A stretch of 64,000 nt of DNA from Malacoraja senta (lineage: Eukaryota). The stretch spans positions 62,001-126,000 of the forward strand of contig JAXLNO010002254.1 of assembly GCA_038087875.1 (NCBI GenBank), in the 5' to 3' direction. Positions 61,414-64,000 of the stretch are shown here, piece after piece (the stretch's first letter is position 1; each line of letters begins with the position of its first letter). The translations under genes and the position numbers were made by a program. The notes beneath the pieces were generated by a model. That model ran no database searches and was not told the origin of the DNA. It worked only from the letters and a program-made list of their open reading frames with translations.

Positions 61414-62679
61414 CTGTGAAAAATAAAACATGCTCATCATCAGTTATGGCCAACTTCAGGTATTTAGCTTCATTGAACTTACCCGTGCAAAATATCAGGA
61501 AACATCACTTTGTAATGTTATCGTTATTACTATTTCCTCCAGAGTATTCATGCTATTATTCAATTGATCATGTCTACTTGACAAAGACAGCAAACAACCT
61601 AAACATTATTTTTCAGAATTAAAGAATAGTCAACCAGCATGAAGAATATGACGGATGAGTATGTGTCTATTTCCAGGTCAGAAATCGCAATGACCAATCT
61701 TTCAGTTTCACACATCTGTGTGGTAAGTGAAATAGATCAGAATCCTTCTTTCCATTCCTCCAGGTTTAAAGTAATGGCTCATTCTTGCTGCCTGTACTGG
61801 CAGTGACACTTTGTGCCATGGTTGGGTAAATGGATTGAATAATGAACAACCAGGACCATCCACCTCTTCATCAATGGGAACATTGACCTTTGTCCAATCT
61901 CTGATTTCAGGACTGTGACTAGTTGCAACATTAAAAAGTGTAACTGGTCCCAATGTCTGTGGGTTTGTGTTGTCCATGGTCACCATCTTCTGAATGACAT
62001 CAAGCTTTGGTATTGATTGTAAAGTTAGTCCAATTTGAGATCACTGATGGGAATTTTTTGATATTGGTGAGGAACCTCACCAGGAGAAGTGTTTTACTGA
62101 ACTAGACTAAGGGGGGTAAGCTGAAGGAGCATAATTACAGTCCCATCATCTTATTCTAATTGCTGACTCCAAATACTACGTCTCCACATCTGTTCTTGCC
62201 CCATCAGAGATATTCTCCCCTTTGTTCCACCAATGCACCACGACCTCTCTCTACAACTGAAAAACAACTTGTTTTTGTTGCTCTTTCCTACTCTGGTGAA
62301 GGGTCTCTGATCTGAAACTGAACTGTTTCTTTCTCCACAAATGCTGTCGAACCTGCTGAATGTTTTTTGAATTTTCTTCCATTTTTATTTCAGATTTTCA
62401 GCATTTGCGGTTCTTTGCTTTACACGTTGATTTTGATGTTGTGACCTGCCAACAGGGAATCAAGGGAGATCAGATACGTGGTGTCGTAATCTACTGGGAT
62501 TCAAGTAACTAGTAAGTGTTTCATTGGGAAGGTTCTGCCTACTCGGGATGGGCTCCATTTTAATTTAGTTTAGAAATACAGCACGGAAACAGGCCCTTCA
62601 GCCCACCGAGTCCACGCCGAGCAGCGATCCCTGCACGCTAACACTATCCCACACATACTAGGGACAATTTATACTCATA

Positions 62680-62900
62680 CCTCACTAAACTTCACCTCAC
62701 ACCTAAGCCTCAACTCACTAAACTGCACCTCGACTAAACTTCCTCAACAAAACATCGCACCTCGACTAAATCCTCGCCTCGACTAAACTTTTCCTCAACT
62801 AAACCCTCAATCACCTTGACCAAACTTCACCTCAGCTAAACCTCACCTCAGATAAATTTCACACCTCACTAAACCTTGCTTCGATTAAGCCCCTCGCTTC
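62680..62900. repeat. Degenerate tandem repeat of about 16-17 bp
   Basis: cctc(a/g)actaaac(t/c)(t/g)cac-type units. Confidence 0.85.
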
Positions 62901-63089
62901 AACTAAAACTGTCACCCAGGGAATCCGAATCTCATGGACATTAAACATCGTGTGGGGTTGGGGTGGGATAGGGTAGAGGTGAGGAGTGGGGCAAGGAGAG
63001 GGGTTATGGAGGGAGGAAGGGAGTGACTGATAGAGGGAGAGGTGATTGAGGGAGGAGGAGAGGGGAAAGAAGAGGGAAGGTGAAGATAC

Positions 63090-63420
63090 CTGGTGTGGGC
63101 CGAGCCTCGGGGCTGCAGCCGGGCCCGGGCGCTGGGGAGCGGACATAGACACGGACTGGGCCCTGAACGCGGCTCCGGGCCCTGGGCTGGGGTTCGAGCC
63201 GGTGTGGGGTCTTGGGGCTGCTGCTCCGGGCCCACAGGGAGGGAGAGGAGCGGGACCTGGGGCAAGGACTAGGCAGCAGCCTCGTCTTCTCCCTCCCCCA
63301 GACCGCAGCCTCTCCCTCCCATGGCTCCAGACCTGTCGACATGTGACGTCTGTATGGTCGTGAATAGTTGTCCAAAGAGTCCTACCTTTTCCTGGTCGCT
63401 GCTGGATTTTCAACGTGTTG
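63090..63420 (-). promoter_or_regulatory. CpG island and probable first exon of the PRDM9-like gene
   Basis: GC/CpG-rich; donor CCAG|GTatct at 63089. An ATG at 63146 gives MSAPQRPGPAAAPRLGPHQ ending in phase 0. The link to downstream exons is inferred. Confidence 0.55.
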
Positions 63421-63584
63421 ACGTTGAACTATGACGGGTGCCGGCAGTCGCTGAAAAATATTGCGTACCTGGGACAGGCCCTTTAGACTGTTGAGGAAGA
63501 CTTGTTTATGGGCTCACAGTCAGGTGGGGGCTGTAAAGCTCCACTTGGTTCCAGTTGGATTGTCTGGTCCCTGTATTGTCTTAG

Positions 63585-63905
63585 ATAGACGCAAAATGCT
63601 GGAGTAACTCAACAGGACAGGCAGCATCTCTGGAGAGAAGGAATGGGTGACGTTTCTGGTCTAGATGTTTCTTCAGACAGATATCGGGAGTGGGAGGTAC
63701 ATAGATAAGGAAGTGTGTAGACAAGGAAATCTATGTTTATAGATAAGGATATCTCCCACTCCCCTGACATCAGTCTGAAGAAGGATGTCGACAGGAAACG
63801 TCACCCATTCCTTCGCTCCAGCGATGATGCCAGTCCCGCTGAGTTGCTCTAGCATTTTGTGTCCATCTTTGGTGTAAAGCAGCATCTGCAGTTCCTTCCT
63901 ACACA
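63585..63905. mobile_element. Head-to-head pair of Penelope terminal-repeat fragments
   Basis: A - strand tail at about 63588-63680 and a + strand copy at about 63730-63905 with ctgaagaaggatgtcgacaggaaacgtc. Confidence 0.7.
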
Positions 63906-64000
63906 AGCCATTTGGGCAGGCTGGTGGGAGTGAGTAGGAGGGGTTGGGGGAGACGTGTAAAATCACAAAGGATAGTGAGTGTGGAGAAGTCGTGTCAGGA

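Noticed and set aside
61483-61600. Strong GTAAGT donor at 61482, 69 nt upstream of the KRAB-related exon
   Set aside because: The position suits a KRAB-A exon, but the required frame has a stop, and only a faint HYKVM resemblance appears in another frame; not called as an exon.
61700-62000. YFKP-EEWKE near 61750-61790 as the PRDM9 KRAB-A exon
   Set aside because: It needs a frameshift, similarity stops after EEW, and there are no matching splice sites. The surrounding ORF looks more like an ancient LINE RT remnant (DWTKVNVPI..VSL). KRAB-A remains unlocated.
984-63966. Most short ORFs in the supplied track
   Set aside because: They are alternative-frame or antisense readings of CR1, L1, SINE, Penelope and hAT sequence, with no independent coding evidence.

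Overview
Eukaryotic, repeat-dominated DNA, almost certainly from an elasmobranch (shark, skate or ray). This is inferred from HE1/V-SINE-like SINEs, abundant CR1, and the style of the MHC exons; the species cannot be fixed from sequence alone. Two host genes lie tail to tail, both largely missed by the ORF track because their exons are short. (1) On the + strand is a nonclassical MHC class I heavy-chain gene: alpha1 6903-7163, alpha2 23273-23546, alpha3 30300-30566, TM 33251-33358, and a candidate tail exon 35919-35998 carrying ETEVLL and YQDV sorting motifs. Alpha2 has an apparent 2-nt deletion, and no leader exon was found. (2) On the - strand is the 5' half of a PRDM9-like gene: a CpG first exon ending at 63090, a KRAB-related exon from 61413, a linker exon split by a 1.17-kb insertion with a 17-bp duplication, a second linker exon, and an SSXRD-region exon ending DDDYL at 58857. 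No PR/SET or zinc-finger exons were found in the window. The rest is a nested stack of mobile elements: a full-length L1 with intact ORF1/ORF2 and TSD (45053-51345), truncated L1s, CR1, Rex1/Babar, RTE, Penelope GIY-YIG fragments, a decayed hAT with TSD, a Harbinger MITE and an Academ-like relic. Roughly 25 copies of a Penelope-type hammerhead-ribozyme motif also occur. A 138-N assembly gap lies at 37551-37688. All exon calls and alignments were made by eye.
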